Positions 36,761-46,994 of a stretch of DNA of 64,000 bases are shown here, piece after piece (positions within the stretch are counted from its first letter, which is position 1; each line of letters starts with the position of its first letter). The DNA is from an uncultured delta proteobacterium. Lineage in GTDB: Bacteria > Myxococcota_A > Polyangia > Polyangiales > Polyangiaceae. The stretch is from positions 256,001-320,000 of the forward strand of contig CAWJCS010000002.1 of the NCBI GenBank assembly GCA_963841435.1, given 5' to 3'. The notes beneath the pieces were generated by a model, which ran no database searches, was not told where the DNA came from, and worked only from the letters and a program-made list of their open reading frames with translations. Position numbers and translations under genes: made by a program.

Positions 36761-38667
36761 GCAACGTACTTTACAACGTCAACCACCTGACCGACGAGGA
36801 CGTGCACCTCTTCAACGAGGGCACGCACTACCGCATCTATCGCAAGCTCGGCTCGCACGTCGTCGAACGGAAGGGGAACGTGGGCAGCGCCTTCGCGGTC
36901 TGGGCGCCCAACGCCGAACGCGTCTCGCTGGTCGGGGACTTCAACGCATGGGATCCCGACTCGCACCCGCTCGCGGAACGTGGCAAGTCGGGCATCTGGG
37001 AGGGTTTCGTCCCGGGCCTCTTGCAGGGCTCGATTTACAAGTACCACGTGCGCTCTCGCCACGCGGGCTATCGCGTGAACAAGGCCGACCCGTACGCCAT
37101 CCATCACGAGACACCGCCGAAGACCGGCTCGGTCGTCTGGGACCTGGTTTACGAATGGTCCGACAGCGCGTGGATGAAGAACCGCGGTGCGCGAAACTCG
37201 CTCAAAAGCCCGATGAGCACCTACGAGATGCACCTCGGCTCGTGGCGGCGCGATCCGGCGCGGCCCGGGCACTTTCTCACGTACCGCGAGATCGCGGGCC
37301 CGCTCTGTGACTATCTCGAACGCATGAACTTCACGCACGTGGAGTTCTTGCCGCTCACCGAGCACCCCTTCTATGGGTCATGGGGCTACCAGGCCACCGG
37401 GTACTTCGCGCCGTCTGCGCGCTACGGCACGCCGCAAGACTTCATGTATCTCGTCGATCAGCTGCACCAGCGGGGCATCGGCGTCATCCTGGATTGGGTG
37501 CCGTCGCATTTCCCGACCGACGAGCACGGCCTCGGCTACTTCGACGGCACGCACCTGTTCGAGCATGCCGATCCGCGCCAGGGCTTTCATCAGGACTGGA
37601 AGAGCTTCGTCTTCAATTACGGTCGCAACGAGGTACGGAGCTTCCTGATGTCGAGCGCCTTCTTCTGGCTCGACGCGTACCACATCGATGGTCTGCGGGT
37701 TAACGCCGTCGCGTCGATGCTCTACCTCGACTACTCGCGCAAGGAAGGAGAGTGGATTCCGAACGAGTTCGGCGGGCGCGAGAACATCGAAGCGATCGAT
37801 TTTTTGCGTCGCTTCAACACCGACGTCTTCAAGGAACGCCCCGACACCCAGACGATCGCCGAAGAGTCAACGGCATGGCCCATGGTTTCGAAGCCGACCT
37901 ACCTGGGTGGGCTCGGCTTCGGCATGAAGTGGGACATGGGCTGGATGCACGACACCCTCGAATACATGAGCCAGGATCCGGTCTTCCGAAAATACCACCA
38001 CGACAAGCTCACGTTTCGCATGGTGTACGCGTTCACCGAGAACTTCGTGCTGCCGCTCTCGCACGACGAGGTCGTGCATCTGAAGGGCTCGCTCTTCGGC
38101 AAGATGCCCGGTGACGACTGGCAAAAGCTCGCGAACCTGCGCTTGCTCTACGGGTACATGTGGTCACAACCCGCCAAGAAGCTGCTCTTCATGGGCGGTG
38201 AGCTCGGCCAGATCCGTGAATGGAACCACGACGCGAGCCTCGACTGGCACTTGCTCGAAGACCCGGGCCACGCGGGGCTCCAGCGCTGGGTGGAGGAGCT
38301 GAATCGGCTCTATCGCGACGAGAAAGCCCTGCACGAGCTCGACATGGATCCCGCGGGGTTCGAGTGGATCGACTGCAAGGACGCCGAGGCGAGCGTGCTC
38401 ACGTTCCTGCGCAAGCCGCGCGCCGGGCAGCCCGTCGTCGTGGCCCTGAACTTCACGCCCGTACCCCGCCCGAACTACCGGGTTGGCGTGCCCAATGGCG
38501 GCTTCTGGCGGGAGGTTTTGAACAGTGACGCGCGCGAGTACGGTGGCAGCGGTCAGGGCAACATGGGCGGCGTGGAGGCGACGCCTTTCGCGTGCCACGG
38601 GCGTCCTTGGTCCGTGACGCTGACGCTCCCTCCGCTCGGGGCGCTGTTTCTCAAGTCTGATGGATGA
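36757..38667 (+). CDS. glgB: 1,4-alpha-glucan branching enzyme GlgB
   Basis: [31 protein letters not shown](N)[22 protein letters not shown] overlap with treS. Confidence 0.95.
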   Translation: MSNVLYNVNHLTDEDVHLFNEGTHYRIYRKLGSHVVERKGNVGSAFAVWAPNAERVSLVGDFNAWDPDSHPLAERGKSGIWEGFVPGLLQGSIYKYHVRSRHAGYRVNKADPYAIHHETPPKTGSVVWDLVYEWSDSAWMKNRGARNSLKSPMSTYEMHLGSWRRDPARPGHFLTYREIAGPLCDYLERMNFTHVEFLPLTEHPFYGSWGYQATGYFAPSARYGTPQDFMYLVDQLHQRGIGVILDWVPSHFPTDEHGLGYFDGTHLFEHADPRQGFHQDWKSFVFNYGRNEVRSFLMSSAFFWLDAYHIDGLRVNAVASMLYLDYSRKEGEWIPNEFGGRENIEAIDFLRRFNTDVFKERPDTQTIAEESTAWPMVSKPTYLGGLGFGMKWDMGWMHDTLEYMSQDPVFRKYHHDKLTFRMVYAFTENFVLPLSHDEVVHLKGSLFGKMPGDDWQKLANLRLLYGYMWSQPAKKLLFMGGELGQIREWNHDASLDWHLLEDPGHAGLQRWVEELNRLYRDEKALHELDMDPAGFEWIDCKDAEASVLTFLRKPRAGQPVVVALNFTPVPRPNYRVGVPNGGFWREVLNSDAREYGGSGQGNMGGVEATPFACHGRPWSVTLTLPPLGALFLKSDG

Positions 38668-39398
38668 CCCGGCGGGCCGCTGTCCGCGGTCAACAGATGG
38701 CAGAGCAGGGCCAGGCGCCCCGAGACGCCGAGTTTCCCATAGACGCTCCCGACCTGGTTTGCGACGGTGCGCGCCGACGTGCCGCGATCCCGCGCGATCT
38801 CGACGTACGAATGCCCGTCGACGAGCAAGCGCACGACCTCGCGCTCGCACGGGCTCAACAGGTCGGCGAAGCGTGCGTCCGGGCGTTCGACGCCGAGAAA
38901 GAGGTCGCCGCGCGGAGTCGTCACGAGGTCGCACGACCCCAGCGCTCGTTGCGCCAGGCACTGGTGGTAGGCGTGCGCCATCATCACGACGAGCATCGGT
39001 GCGTCACTGGTTCCCGAGTCGAGCCCCATGGCGCGCAGGCACTTCGCACCCGCGGTTGCCACTCGCGAGATGGAGCAGCGAGCGTCTGCTGCGACGACCT
39101 TCTGCGGCTGCCCGAGTAGAATCGGCACCAAGAGCTCCAGATCGCGCGTGGGCGCGGGGTGCCACTCGCCCCACTGGGCCTCCAGATGGTGCAGGCTTCC
39201 GCTCGAATGGACGCGGGTGACGCGTGCTCGGCCGCTGACGAGCTCGTTCCAGAGGCCGGCGAGCACCGCCGGCGCCGCCGAGGTGCCCTCGATTCGGTCG
39301 GCAGAAAGCACCGAAAACCGTCGTCCAGGCCCCGCGGGCAGGGGCGGCCTCGAGCTCGGCGGCGCGGCGGAGGACTGTGACCATGTCAATGCTTGCAT
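38553..39398 (-). CDS. LuxR-type HTH transcriptional regulator
   Basis: [48 protein letters not shown]; second degenerate HTH upstream (GQPQKVVA). Confidence 0.85.
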   Translation of the reverse strand: MQALTWSQSSAAPPSSRPPLPAGPGRRFSVLSADRIEGTSAAPAVLAGLWNELVSGRARVTRVHSSGSLHHLEAQWGEWHPAPTRDLELLVPILLGQPQKVVAADARCSISRVATAGAKCLRAMGLDSGTSDAPMLVVMMAHAYHQCLAQRALGSCDLVTTPRGDLFLGVERPDARFADLLSPCEREVVRLLVDGHSYVEIARDRGTSARTVANQVGSVYGKLGVSGRLALLCHLLTADSGPPGHPSDLRNSAPSGGSVSVTDQGRPWHAKGVASTPPMLP

Positions 39399-39747
39399 CG
39401 GGTTGCTCCCTCAGGCTGTGGCGGCTGGTCCCCTTGGGACCGGCCGCCGCAGATTCATCGTGGTGAGCCCCCCGCTTCGGCGTTGCGGCACCCCCGCTGG
39501 ATTGCGTGGCGGACGTTAGGTCAAGGGCCGAGGTGGGTTCGTCCGCCCTTGGTTCCTCGGTGACTCGATGGCACCATGTTCCTGCTTAGTCATGCCCGTA
39601 GCCTGGCCGAGTCGCGCTCGCCAGTCGATCTCAGTCGATTGCAACGAGCCGGGAGACCCGCCCCGCGAGGGCGCCGGCGGCTTTTTCTCCGGTCACAAAA
39701 CGAAGACAGCGCCTGTCTCATCGATCCGACCAGGACGGAGGACCCCG

Positions 39748-39861
39748 ATGCCATCGACCGAGACCGCCAACACCACCGCGGTCCGGGAATTTACCCGGAT
39801 CTTCAAAAACCTGCACAACGTCGAAGGAGTGGATCACCTTTTCGACCCGACGTTTCGACAC
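39748..39861 (+). pseudogene. N-terminal remnant of a SnoaL-like/ester cyclase protein
   Basis: GGAGGA RBS then MPSTETANTTAVREFTRIFKNLHNVEGVDHLFDPTFRH, after which the SnoaL-like pattern stops at the next gene. Confidence 0.5.
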
Positions 39862-39881
39862 CAGCCCCAGGAGCCAGCACC

Positions 39882-40316
39882 ATGCCCGATAGCCTGCACG
39901 ACATCACCATCGCCGCATCCCCAGCGCGTACCTTCGAGCTCTTGACGACGCGAGACGGCCTTCGCGCGTGGTGGACGGGGGACAGCCGTGCCGAGCCCCG
40001 CGTCGGCCACGTCAACGTGTTCGGATTCGGAGGCGGTGAAGTGGAGTTCCATTTCCGGGTCGACGAGCACGTGCCGGCGAGCCGCCTCGCGTGGACCGGT
40101 ATCGCGGCCCCGAAGGTACCTTCCGAGTGGGTCGGCACGCGCATCACCGCGGACCTCGAGGCGGTCAACGGCAAGACACGACTTCGGTTCGGCCACCGGG
40201 GCTGGGCGTCCGGCGAGGGCGCGTACGCCCTCTGCAACACCACGTGGGGGCACCTCATGTACCTGCTCCGCGACGCCGCCGAGGGCCGCGGCCGCGAGCC
40301 GCTGTTTGCGGGCTGA
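39882..40316 (+). CDS. SRPBCC/AHA1-like protein
   Basis: HDITIAASP..F..LTT..GLRAWWT, EWVGT, HRGW, CNTTWGHLM.L. Confidence 0.85.
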   Translation: MPDSLHDITIAASPARTFELLTTRDGLRAWWTGDSRAEPRVGHVNVFGFGGGEVEFHFRVDEHVPASRLAWTGIAAPKVPSEWVGTRITADLEAVNGKTRLRFGHRGWASGEGAYALCNTTWGHLMYLLRDAAEGRGREPLFAG

Positions 40317-40318
40317 GC

Positions 40319-40759
40319 ATGGCCGTCAACGTGCTCACCGAGATCGTGATCGATCGCCCTCCGGACGTGGTCGCCGCCTACGCCGGCGATCCTTCGAACG
40401 CCCCGCAGTGGTACGCGAACATCGAGTCCGTCGAATGGAAGACCCCCCCGCCGCTGGCGCTCGGGTCGCGTGTCGCGTTCGTGGCGCACTTCTTGGGGAG
40501 GCGTCTCGCTTACACGTACGAGATCGTCGAGCTTGCCGCGGGCGAGCGACTCGTCATGCGCACCGCGGAGGGTCCCTTCCCGATGGAAACGACCTACACG
40601 TGGGAGCCGTTCGACGGCGAAAAGACGAAGATGACGCTTCGCAATCGCGGAGAGCCGCAGGGCTTCTCGAAGCTCGTCGGTCCGCTGATGGTCGCGGCGA
40701 TGCGCCGAGCGAACCTTAAGGACCTGCAAAGCGTGAAGGCCGTCCTCGAGCGTTCGTGA
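40319..40759 (+). CDS. SRPBCC family (polyketide cyclase-like) protein
   Basis: NAPQWYANI, FLGRRLAYTYE, GPFPMETTY, TLRNRGEP. Confidence 0.9.
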   Translation: MAVNVLTEIVIDRPPDVVAAYAGDPSNAPQWYANIESVEWKTPPPLALGSRVAFVAHFLGRRLAYTYEIVELAAGERLVMRTAEGPFPMETTYTWEPFDGEKTKMTLRNRGEPQGFSKLVGPLMVAAMRRANLKDLQSVKAVLERS

Positions 40760-40887
40760 CCTTTTCGGCTCCGTGGTGGCGAGCGCCCTTCGATTCACTT
40801 TCGCCCCTCCCGTCCCCCCGCGCGTTTGGTCGTTGCAGTCGGCGCGCTTCGGTCTATACTGCTCATTCGTTCAGATAGGAGCCACCC

Positions 40888-41166
40888 GTGAAGCAGCCCC
40901 ACGAAAACGCCGCGGAATCCAATATCGACTTCGACCACGCGCCGGTCGCCGAGATCGAATTCGACGGCACGCACTATCGTGTTGACGCTGGGCTCGGCGC
41001 CGCAGTTGCCGTGTCGTGTCGAGCTCAGGGTTCCTGGTCGTGGCAAAAGCTCGCGGAGGGGCGCTGGGACGGTGTTCGGCTCAAAGCGAAAGAAGTCGAT
41101 CGCTTGGTCGTCGAAGCGCTCGCCAAAGCGCTGCGCTCCGCCGCCGAGGACATGCAGGCAAGCTAG
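40888..41166 (+). CDS. Hypothetical protein
   Basis: AGGAG RBS, GTG start, 92-aa protein-like ORF. Confidence 0.6.
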   Translation: MKQPHENAAESNIDFDHAPVAEIEFDGTHYRVDAGLGAAVAVSCRAQGSWSWQKLAEGRWDGVRLKAKEVDRLVVEALAKALRSAAEDMQAS

Positions 41167-41192
41167 GGTGCTGCGTGTCTCGTACGCGGTGA

Positions 41193-42056
41193 CTACGCCG
41201 CGGGGGCCACTTCTTCCGTGCGGACGAAAAAGGAGTCGAGCGTGTTCGGGCCAAAAGTGGTGTTGATGGCCACGTCCGCCGCGTCGCGGCCGCGCGCGAT
41301 CAAGACGCGACCGATGCGCGGGACGTTGTTCCGCGGATCGAACGTGTACCAACTGCCGCCGAGGAACGCCTCGAACCAACCCGCAAAGTCCATCGGGGCA
41401 GCGACGGGGGGAACGCCGATGTCGCCAAGGTAGCCCGTGCAGTACCGCGCTGGGATGTTCATGCAGCGACAGAGCGCGATGGCCAGGTGCGCGAAGTCGC
41501 GACACACGCCGCGCTTCTCGTTGTAGGCGCCGAGCGCCGTCTTCGCAGGGCTCGCGTACTCGTAGCCGAAGGTGATGTGGTCGTGAACGAAGTCGCAAAT
41601 CGCCTGCACGCGGCCCCAGCCGAGCGGCGCGTGCTCGAAGAGCCGCCACGCCGTCTCGGACAGCTGATCGGTTTCGCAGTAGCGGCTACCGAGCAGGAAG
41701 GCGAGTGTCTCCTCCGGGAGCATTCCGGGCGGGAGCTGCTGGGCCCACGGCGCCACCGGGTCGGGCTCGCCGCGATCGCGGATCACGGCGTCGCACCAGA
41801 TTCTGAGCCGGCCGGCGGGCGCCCACAAGCGGCTGCACCAGTTGCCGAACCCATCGCGGAACTGCTCAATGGGGATCGACGGGTCGGTCAGCATGTAGTC
41901 GGCGCGGAGCAGATCGGAGACCCGGGAATGATGGACGTTGAGCATCAGGATCATCGAGGTGGGTTGAGGCAGCGTGTAGCAAAGCTCGTACCCCAATCGG
42001 ATCTGGATAGGCCTGACGACGGGGTTGTTGGCGCTGAAGACCGGTGCCTGGCTCAT
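41193..42056 (-). CDS. Transglutaminase-like protein
   Basis: IRLGYEL, SRYCETD, GVCRDFAHL, ARYCTGYL, GRDAADV. Confidence 0.9.
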   Translation of the reverse strand: MSQAPVFSANNPVVRPIQIRLGYELCYTLPQPTSMILMLNVHHSRVSDLLRADYMLTDPSIPIEQFRDGFGNWCSRLWAPAGRLRIWCDAVIRDRGEPDPVAPWAQQLPPGMLPEETLAFLLGSRYCETDQLSETAWRLFEHAPLGWGRVQAICDFVHDHITFGYEYASPAKTALGAYNEKRGVCRDFAHLAIALCRCMNIPARYCTGYLGDIGVPPVAAPMDFAGWFEAFLGGSWYTFDPRNNVPRIGRVLIARGRDAADVAINTTFGPNTLDSFFVRTEEVAPAA

Positions 42057-42221
42057 GCACGTCCATAAGCGCGGCCCGAGCGAAGCGCTCCGTTTCCTTT
42101 TGAATTCCGAGGCGCGCCGCAACAAAGGCGAGCAATCCTAAGCCCTTGGTGCGCCCGGGAGCAGCGAGCGGCGTTCCGGCGTGGCCTCGGCGAAGCGAGC
42201 ACGCCGCCGGGACGCGATGTC

Positions 42222-42851
42222 TCACGTGTGCGGCAGCGTCGCCTCTTCGGAACAGAGCGCGGTCACCTTGCGCAGTGCCTGCGTCAGGTTCCTGAGCAAG
42301 CGCCCCAGGTTCTGCATGTTCTCGGCCTCGGAATTGCCCCACGCCCAGAACGAGATCATGAGTTGGGTGCCGAGTTGCTCGCCGTTCCCCCCGGACAGCG
42401 GCAAGTAGCGCACGGGAACGATGGTGGTGCCCACCATGCCACTCTGAAAATTCGGATCGAGCGGGCTGAGCGCTCCGTGGAGCTCGTTCTTGAGCCACGC
42501 CATCCCGTTCTCTTCGGTATTGCGTGCCAGGGAGCGGAAAAGAACCATCACGCGCCCCGAGCATTGAAGCGCCTTGCGGACGGCCGGGTTCTCGTTCTTG
42601 TGCGGTCCCTCGAAGGCGCAGTCGTTCGATTCCAGGGCGGAGCTCGCATGATTGAGCCGCTCGAGGAGCTTGTAGAACGTCTCGATCGCCGGGTAGTGAG
42701 CCCAGGGCTTGAAATCCTCGAGTGAGGTTCGGATGTGCTCGGGGGCCGCGGTCAAATCGAAGTAGCGCGAGCCGCCGGCGCCCGGCGTGTCGCTCCAGGG
42801 ATGGGAGCGCGGAGCCGAGAACGGGGCGCCGGCGTATTCGCAGGTCTTCAT
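42222..42851 (-). CDS. Hypothetical protein
   Basis: 209-aa ORF with host-like codon usage (RSHPW, LEDF.PW, LESNDC, FWAWG). Confidence 0.7.
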   Translation of the reverse strand: MKTCEYAGAPFSAPRSHPWSDTPGAGGSRYFDLTAAPEHIRTSLEDFKPWAHYPAIETFYKLLERLNHASSALESNDCAFEGPHKNENPAVRKALQCSGRVMVLFRSLARNTEENGMAWLKNELHGALSPLDPNFQSGMVGTTIVPVRYLPLSGGNGEQLGTQLMISFWAWGNSEAENMQNLGRLLRNLTQALRKVTALCSEEATLPHT

Positions 42852-42889
42852 TTTGGGTTGCAGGCCCTACGACGGCACCGAGCGTTGCG

Positions 42890-43024
42890 CTACCGCCCTT
42901 TTTTTGCGGCGCCCGCGCTTCCCTGCTGAAAGACCTTCGCCGCCGCGGCTGCCTTCTTCTGGTTCTTGCCAACCGTGTCCTGCTTCTTCGCCTTCTCTTT
43001 GGCTTTCGGAGACTTGTCGCCCAT
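42890..43024 (-). CDS. Small Lys/Ala-rich basic protein
   Basis: MGDKSPKAKEKAKKQDTVGKNQKKAAAAAKVFQQGSAGAAKKGR* with AAGGTGG upstream. Confidence 0.55.
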   Translation of the reverse strand: MGDKSPKAKEKAKKQDTVGKNQKKAAAAAKVFQQGSAGAAKKGR

Positions 43025-43197
43025 GGTGCACCACCTTGTGTTGGAGGGCTCACATCGTCGAGGGGGGGCTCCGCCGAGTCCATTCAAATCGACTGCCGTC
43101 GCGTTATGCTTCGGGCGTGCGGGCCGTGCTCCTGGTGCTGGGGCTCCGTGTGGCGTGCGGCTCGGCGCCGCGATTTTGCCACGGCGCCTTCGTCGTT

Positions 43198-43662
43198 ATG
43201 GCGCGCCTCTTCTTCCGAGCCGGCTTTCATATCGCATGCTTCGGCGGTCTTCTGGCTTGCTGCACCCCCGCGCGTCCCGGGGCTTCTCCGGCGCCGCAAG
43301 CGAGCGCCCCAGCGACCACGACCTCGGACCTACGAGGGGTCGTCATCGACGGGCGCGGCGGCTTGCCGGTCCCGGGACAGACCGTGGCCGCCGGCAGCGC
43401 GCGCGCCGTGACCGATGCCGAGGGGCGCTTCGTGCTGCATGGTGTCCCGAATCACTACGACCTCGTGACATGCTCTCGGCGATCAACAACAAGCTCCGGC
43501 ACTATCCCGCCTTCGCGAAGGCAACCGGTATCCACTGCGTGCGTGATTGCGCCGGCGCGCGCGCGTTGGTCGAGGCCTACGCGGCGTACTCTCGCGAGCA
43601 CCCGGGGTTCGATCGAGATGAGCCCATCGAGCCCTTCGATCCCCCGGAGCCTCCCCCGCTAG
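43198..43662 (+). pseudogene. Disrupted/chimeric lipoprotein with carboxypeptidase-regulatory-like domain start
   Basis: LLACC lipobox, LRGVVIDGRGGLPVPG...VTDAEGRFVL; coding signal switches frame at about 43470 (MLSAINNKLRHYPAF...). Confidence 0.4.
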
Positions 43663-43736
43663 AGCGCTTGGACAGGCTTCGTCGAGCCGTGCCGAACGTC
43701 AGCGCCCCCGCCGGGCGATACACGGCCGGGGAGCCC

Positions 43737-45446
43737 TCACCGCGGCGGTGGACCGTAGAGGGTCTCGCGCTTTTGGATGTAGCCGAAGTTCGTGGTCGTC
43801 TTCATCTCTTGCAGCACCGTGCCGTCCGGCTTGATCTCCTGGATGATCCCCTTTCCGCCGAACGCGACCACGACGTTGTCGTTCCAAAGCCGCTGAACAT
43901 CGCCCATGACGTTGGTCTGGTACGCGTTGCCCATCGCCTTGTACGACCAGATCTTGGTGGCCGTATTCGCGGTGAGATCGAGCTTCATCTCGATCACCCC
44001 CGAGCCGTCGCCGGTTCCCATGGAGACCGGGATGCTCGTGCCCGCGACGCTGCGAGAGTTGTTGTTGAAGATCAGGAAATCATCGAGGCCGAGGACGTGG
44101 ATGCCGTGCTCGCTCCCGAGCCAAGTGTCGCCCGTGAAGGTCTTGGTCAGCCCGTTCAGGATCCAGACGGTCGTGCCGTCGGTTCGCTTGATCTTCGCGA
44201 TGGCACAGTGAATGTGGTCGGAGAAGAGCAGCGTGTCGTCCTCGGGTGAATACTGGATGTCGTTGACGTGGCACTGCCCGGTCGTGCCGAGCGCCTGTTG
44301 TGAGTTGACGATGGTCCGCACCTTGCCATCGGACGCTCGCTCCTTGATGTCGCTGCACCCCTCCGACCCGCCGTCATCCGCGTAGAACGCGACCGCTTCG
44401 TCCGGCAGCACGGTGAGCTGATGCGACAACCTCGACATCTGGCTCGTGAGGTCTTCGTCCATCATGCCGTCCATCGTGACTCGGTGGACCTTCGCGTCGG
44501 CGAGGTTCGGAGGATGGTTGTTGATCCAAATGTGTGTCCCGGCGTAGTCCATCACCGCGCCGGTGACGTAGTCCTCGATGTTGTACCACCAGACGATGTC
44601 GCCGTCGGCATCCACGATATAGGCGGGTCCGCTGCCCGTGGAGTTGGCGACGTACTGGCCCGTGATCAGAAAGCCGCCAGCCAGCGCGGCCGCGTCGTTG
44701 TTCGTCACCGTCGGCTTTACCAGCCCGTTGGCGAGGGGCCCGGTCATGAGCGTGTAGTCCGGGCTTTGGCAATCGCCACTCCCGTTCGTGGCGGTGATCC
44801 GGTAGTGGTAGAGGTGCGACGACTTCATTCCGAGCAGCAGGGTGCGATAGTCCGGCTGCGTCAGATCGACCGGCGCAGTCAGGCCGTAGGACGTCGTGAG
44901 ACCGAAGTCGATTTTCGCCGACTGAATGTCCGAGAGCGTCGCGGTCCAGGTCACGATGCCGACCGTCGCGATCTTCGGACTGAGCGACGAAGACTGGTCG
45001 AAGGTGCAGCTGCCCGACCCGCCGCCGGTGCCAGCACCTGCGCCCCCGCCCGTGCCCGCCCCGCCGGTTCCCGCCGTGCCGCCGCTGGTCCCCGCATTCC
45101 CGCCGGTGCCCGCGGCGCCGCCGGTCCCCGCGCTCCCGCCCGAGCTGCCGCCCGTGCCGGAGCTGCCGCCCGTGCCCGCGCTCCCGCCCGAGCCGCCGCC
45201 CGTGCCGGAGCTGCCGCCCGTGCTCCCGCCCGAGCTGCCGCCCGTGCCGGAGCTGCCACCCGTGCCCGAGCTGCCACCCGTGCCTGACGTCGAAGCGCCC
45301 CCTGTTTCGGGGTTGCTCCCGCCGCCCGAGCCGCCGCATCCCCAGACGAGGAGCGCGAGGCCCCCGCATAAAGCTGCCGCGCGCGAGAGGCGCGGTCGCA
45401 CGAAATCGGCGCGCACGCGCCCGTCGGCGATGTGCTCCTGCCCCAT
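43737..45446 (-). CDS. Arylsulfotransferase-like beta-propeller lipoprotein with Gly-rich linker and Ig/FN3-like domain
   Basis: Lipobox VWGC; YIVDADGDIVWW, SHQL, CHVNDIQY, EHGIH, MGDVQRL, EIKPDG. Confidence 0.7.
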   Translation of the reverse strand: MGQEHIADGRVRADFVRPRLSRAAALCGGLALLVWGCGGSGGGSNPETGGASTSGTGGSSGTGGSSGTGGSSGGSTGGSSGTGGGSGGSAGTGGSSGTGGSSGGSAGTGGAAGTGGNAGTSGGTAGTGGAGTGGGAGAGTGGGSGSCTFDQSSSLSPKIATVGIVTWTATLSDIQSAKIDFGLTTSYGLTAPVDLTQPDYRTLLLGMKSSHLYHYRITATNGSGDCQSPDYTLMTGPLANGLVKPTVTNNDAAALAGGFLITGQYVANSTGSGPAYIVDADGDIVWWYNIEDYVTGAVMDYAGTHIWINNHPPNLADAKVHRVTMDGMMDEDLTSQMSRLSHQLTVLPDEAVAFYADDGGSEGCSDIKERASDGKVRTIVNSQQALGTTGQCHVNDIQYSPEDDTLLFSDHIHCAIAKIKRTDGTTVWILNGLTKTFTGDTWLGSEHGIHVLGLDDFLIFNNNSRSVAGTSIPVSMGTGDGSGVIEMKLDLTANTATKIWSYKAMGNAYQTNVMGDVQRLWNDNVVVAFGGKGIIQEIKPDGTVLQEMKTTTNFGYIQKRETLYGPPPR

Positions 45447-45481
45447 ACGTAATACTCGGTTCACTCGGCCTCCTAGCGCGG

Positions 45482-46570
45482 TTACATCGAACACGGTTTG
45501 AGAATGGCCATGTACCAGGGGGCCGGGTTGCGGCAGTTGCCGCAGAGGAGCCCGACCACCCAGGTGCCGGTTTCGTCTACGCCTGGAAAGCCCGCCCCAT
45601 TTTCGTCCTTGAGGGTCGTGAAGTCGAGGACGGAGCCTGACGGGATCTGCGCGCGGTAGGTGGCGATTGCGATCCGATCGAGGTCGAGGAACTTCGTCTC
45701 GAGCTCGGCCGGCGTCTCCGTGTAGTGACCGACCATGGCGTCGGTGATGTAACTCGGCGTGAACTCGCGTCCGAGCCCGTTGGTGGTCATCTGCGACCAG
45801 TCGAGCGTCAGCTGTGCGGTCGCCGCGGGCACGTTCGTGACCGCCAGGGAGTGAAGGTCCGCCGTGTAGTCCAGCTTCGTCGAATCATCGGTGATCGAGA
45901 CATCGGTGACCGTGGAGCTTGCGTCGAGGCTGAAGGCTTGCATCATCCGAATCTGGCTGCCGAGCACCATCCCGGACTGTACAGCGACGATGAACGACGT
46001 GCTGGTCGGCGGGTACATCGTCGCGTCGAAGTACGGGTTGATCATCTCCGGCGTCACCGCCGTCGTATTGATCGTGAAATCATAGAGGTGGGCCGACGTT
46101 TCCCCGGCGGTGAGCGGCAGGCTGAGCGGCGGCGCCACGATGAGATCCGAGGTGTAAAGCGCGTCCGCGTTGAGCTCCGTCTCGAATTGGTCGAGCGGTA
46201 GGTCCCAGAACATGACGACCGCCATGCCGAGATCCGTGCCCGGCGTGAGGTCGTGGCCGAGGAAATCGTGAGTGAGCCCGCTCCAGTCGAAGGCGAGGTT
46301 CGACATCTGGGCTACGGTGACGGGATTGAGCGTGATCGTGCTCGAGAACGAGTAATTGTTGTTCTCGTTGGCGACGACGTTCGCGTCGGCGCACATCGTG
46401 GGCGGCGAGTTGCCGGCGCCACCGCCGCCGCCAACGCCACCGCTGCCACCAGCACCAGCACCAGCACCAGCACCAGCACCAGCACCAGCACTAGCGCCAC
46501 CATTGCCGCAGCCCATCGCTACGGCGCACAGGCACGCCACCGGTGCCATCGCTCTCACAAGTAAATTCAT
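45482..46570 (-). CDS. Uncharacterised lipoprotein with C-terminal CxxC
   Basis: Lipobox AMGC, GA-repeat linker, DWSGLT.DFLGH, LLCGNCRNPAPWY. Confidence 0.75.
   Translation of the reverse strand: MNLLVRAMAPVACLCAVAMGCGNGGASAGAGAGAGAGAGAGGSGGVGGGGGAGNSPPTMCADANVVANENNNYSFSSTITLNPVTVAQMSNLAFDWSGLTHDFLGHDLTPGTDLGMAVVMFWDLPLDQFETELNADALYTSDLIVAPPLSLPLTAGETSAHLYDFTINTTAVTPEMINPYFDATMYPPTSTSFIVAVQSGMVLGSQIRMMQAFSLDASSTVTDVSITDDSTKLDYTADLHSLAVTNVPAATAQLTLDWSQMTTNGLGREFTPSYITDAMVGHYTETPAELETKFLDLDRIAIATYRAQIPSGSVLDFTTLKDENGAGFPGVDETGTWVVGLLCGNCRNPAPWYMAILKPCSM
46447..46488. repeat. (CACCAG)7 hexamer tandem repeat encoding a Gly-Ala linker
   Basis: Seven perfect copies read directly from the sequence. 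Confidence 0.9.
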
Positions 46571-46994
46571 TGCGCCGTAACTCTTCGCCATCGGCGCGAG
46601 AGTTGCAAGCGGCGGCAGGGAAACGGCCAGCGCGGCCATCTGCGAGCGCTGCGGTTGCTCCTGCGTCGGTTCTGGACGTGTCGCGAATTGGTCCGCAGCG
46701 TCTTGCCTGACGCTCATGAAGACGGCTTTCAATTGCTGCTCCACCGATTTGCGTCGGCCAGCTCAAGAGCTGCTCTAAAGAGTGTTCCGGGGCCGGCTCG
46801 AACAGGCAGCGCGAAGCCGTAAGCGTCGGGATCGGTGAAAAGAGGTCCCTGCGCGTTGCTTGCCAGCCGCGGTCGAGTCGGATATTCGAGGAAGAGAGCG
46901 CTCCGGCGTCGGAAAAATGGCCGAGTCGCGCGTTCTTTGCCCAGATCCGGTGGAGCACGTAGCAAAATTGCGTGGGCCACGGTGCGCTCTGCCC

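Noticed and set aside
13442-37704. Codon reassignment or RNA editing of AAC/AAT to Asp
   Set aside because: AAC encodes genuine conserved Asn elsewhere (GH10 VVNE, GH39 WNEP), and the mirror silent GTTGAC/GATT changes show a double-stranded DNA motif effect.
42171-42215. GC-rich hairpin between transglutaminase and hypothetical gene as REP/terminator
   Set aside because: No U tract and no second copy seen in the window.
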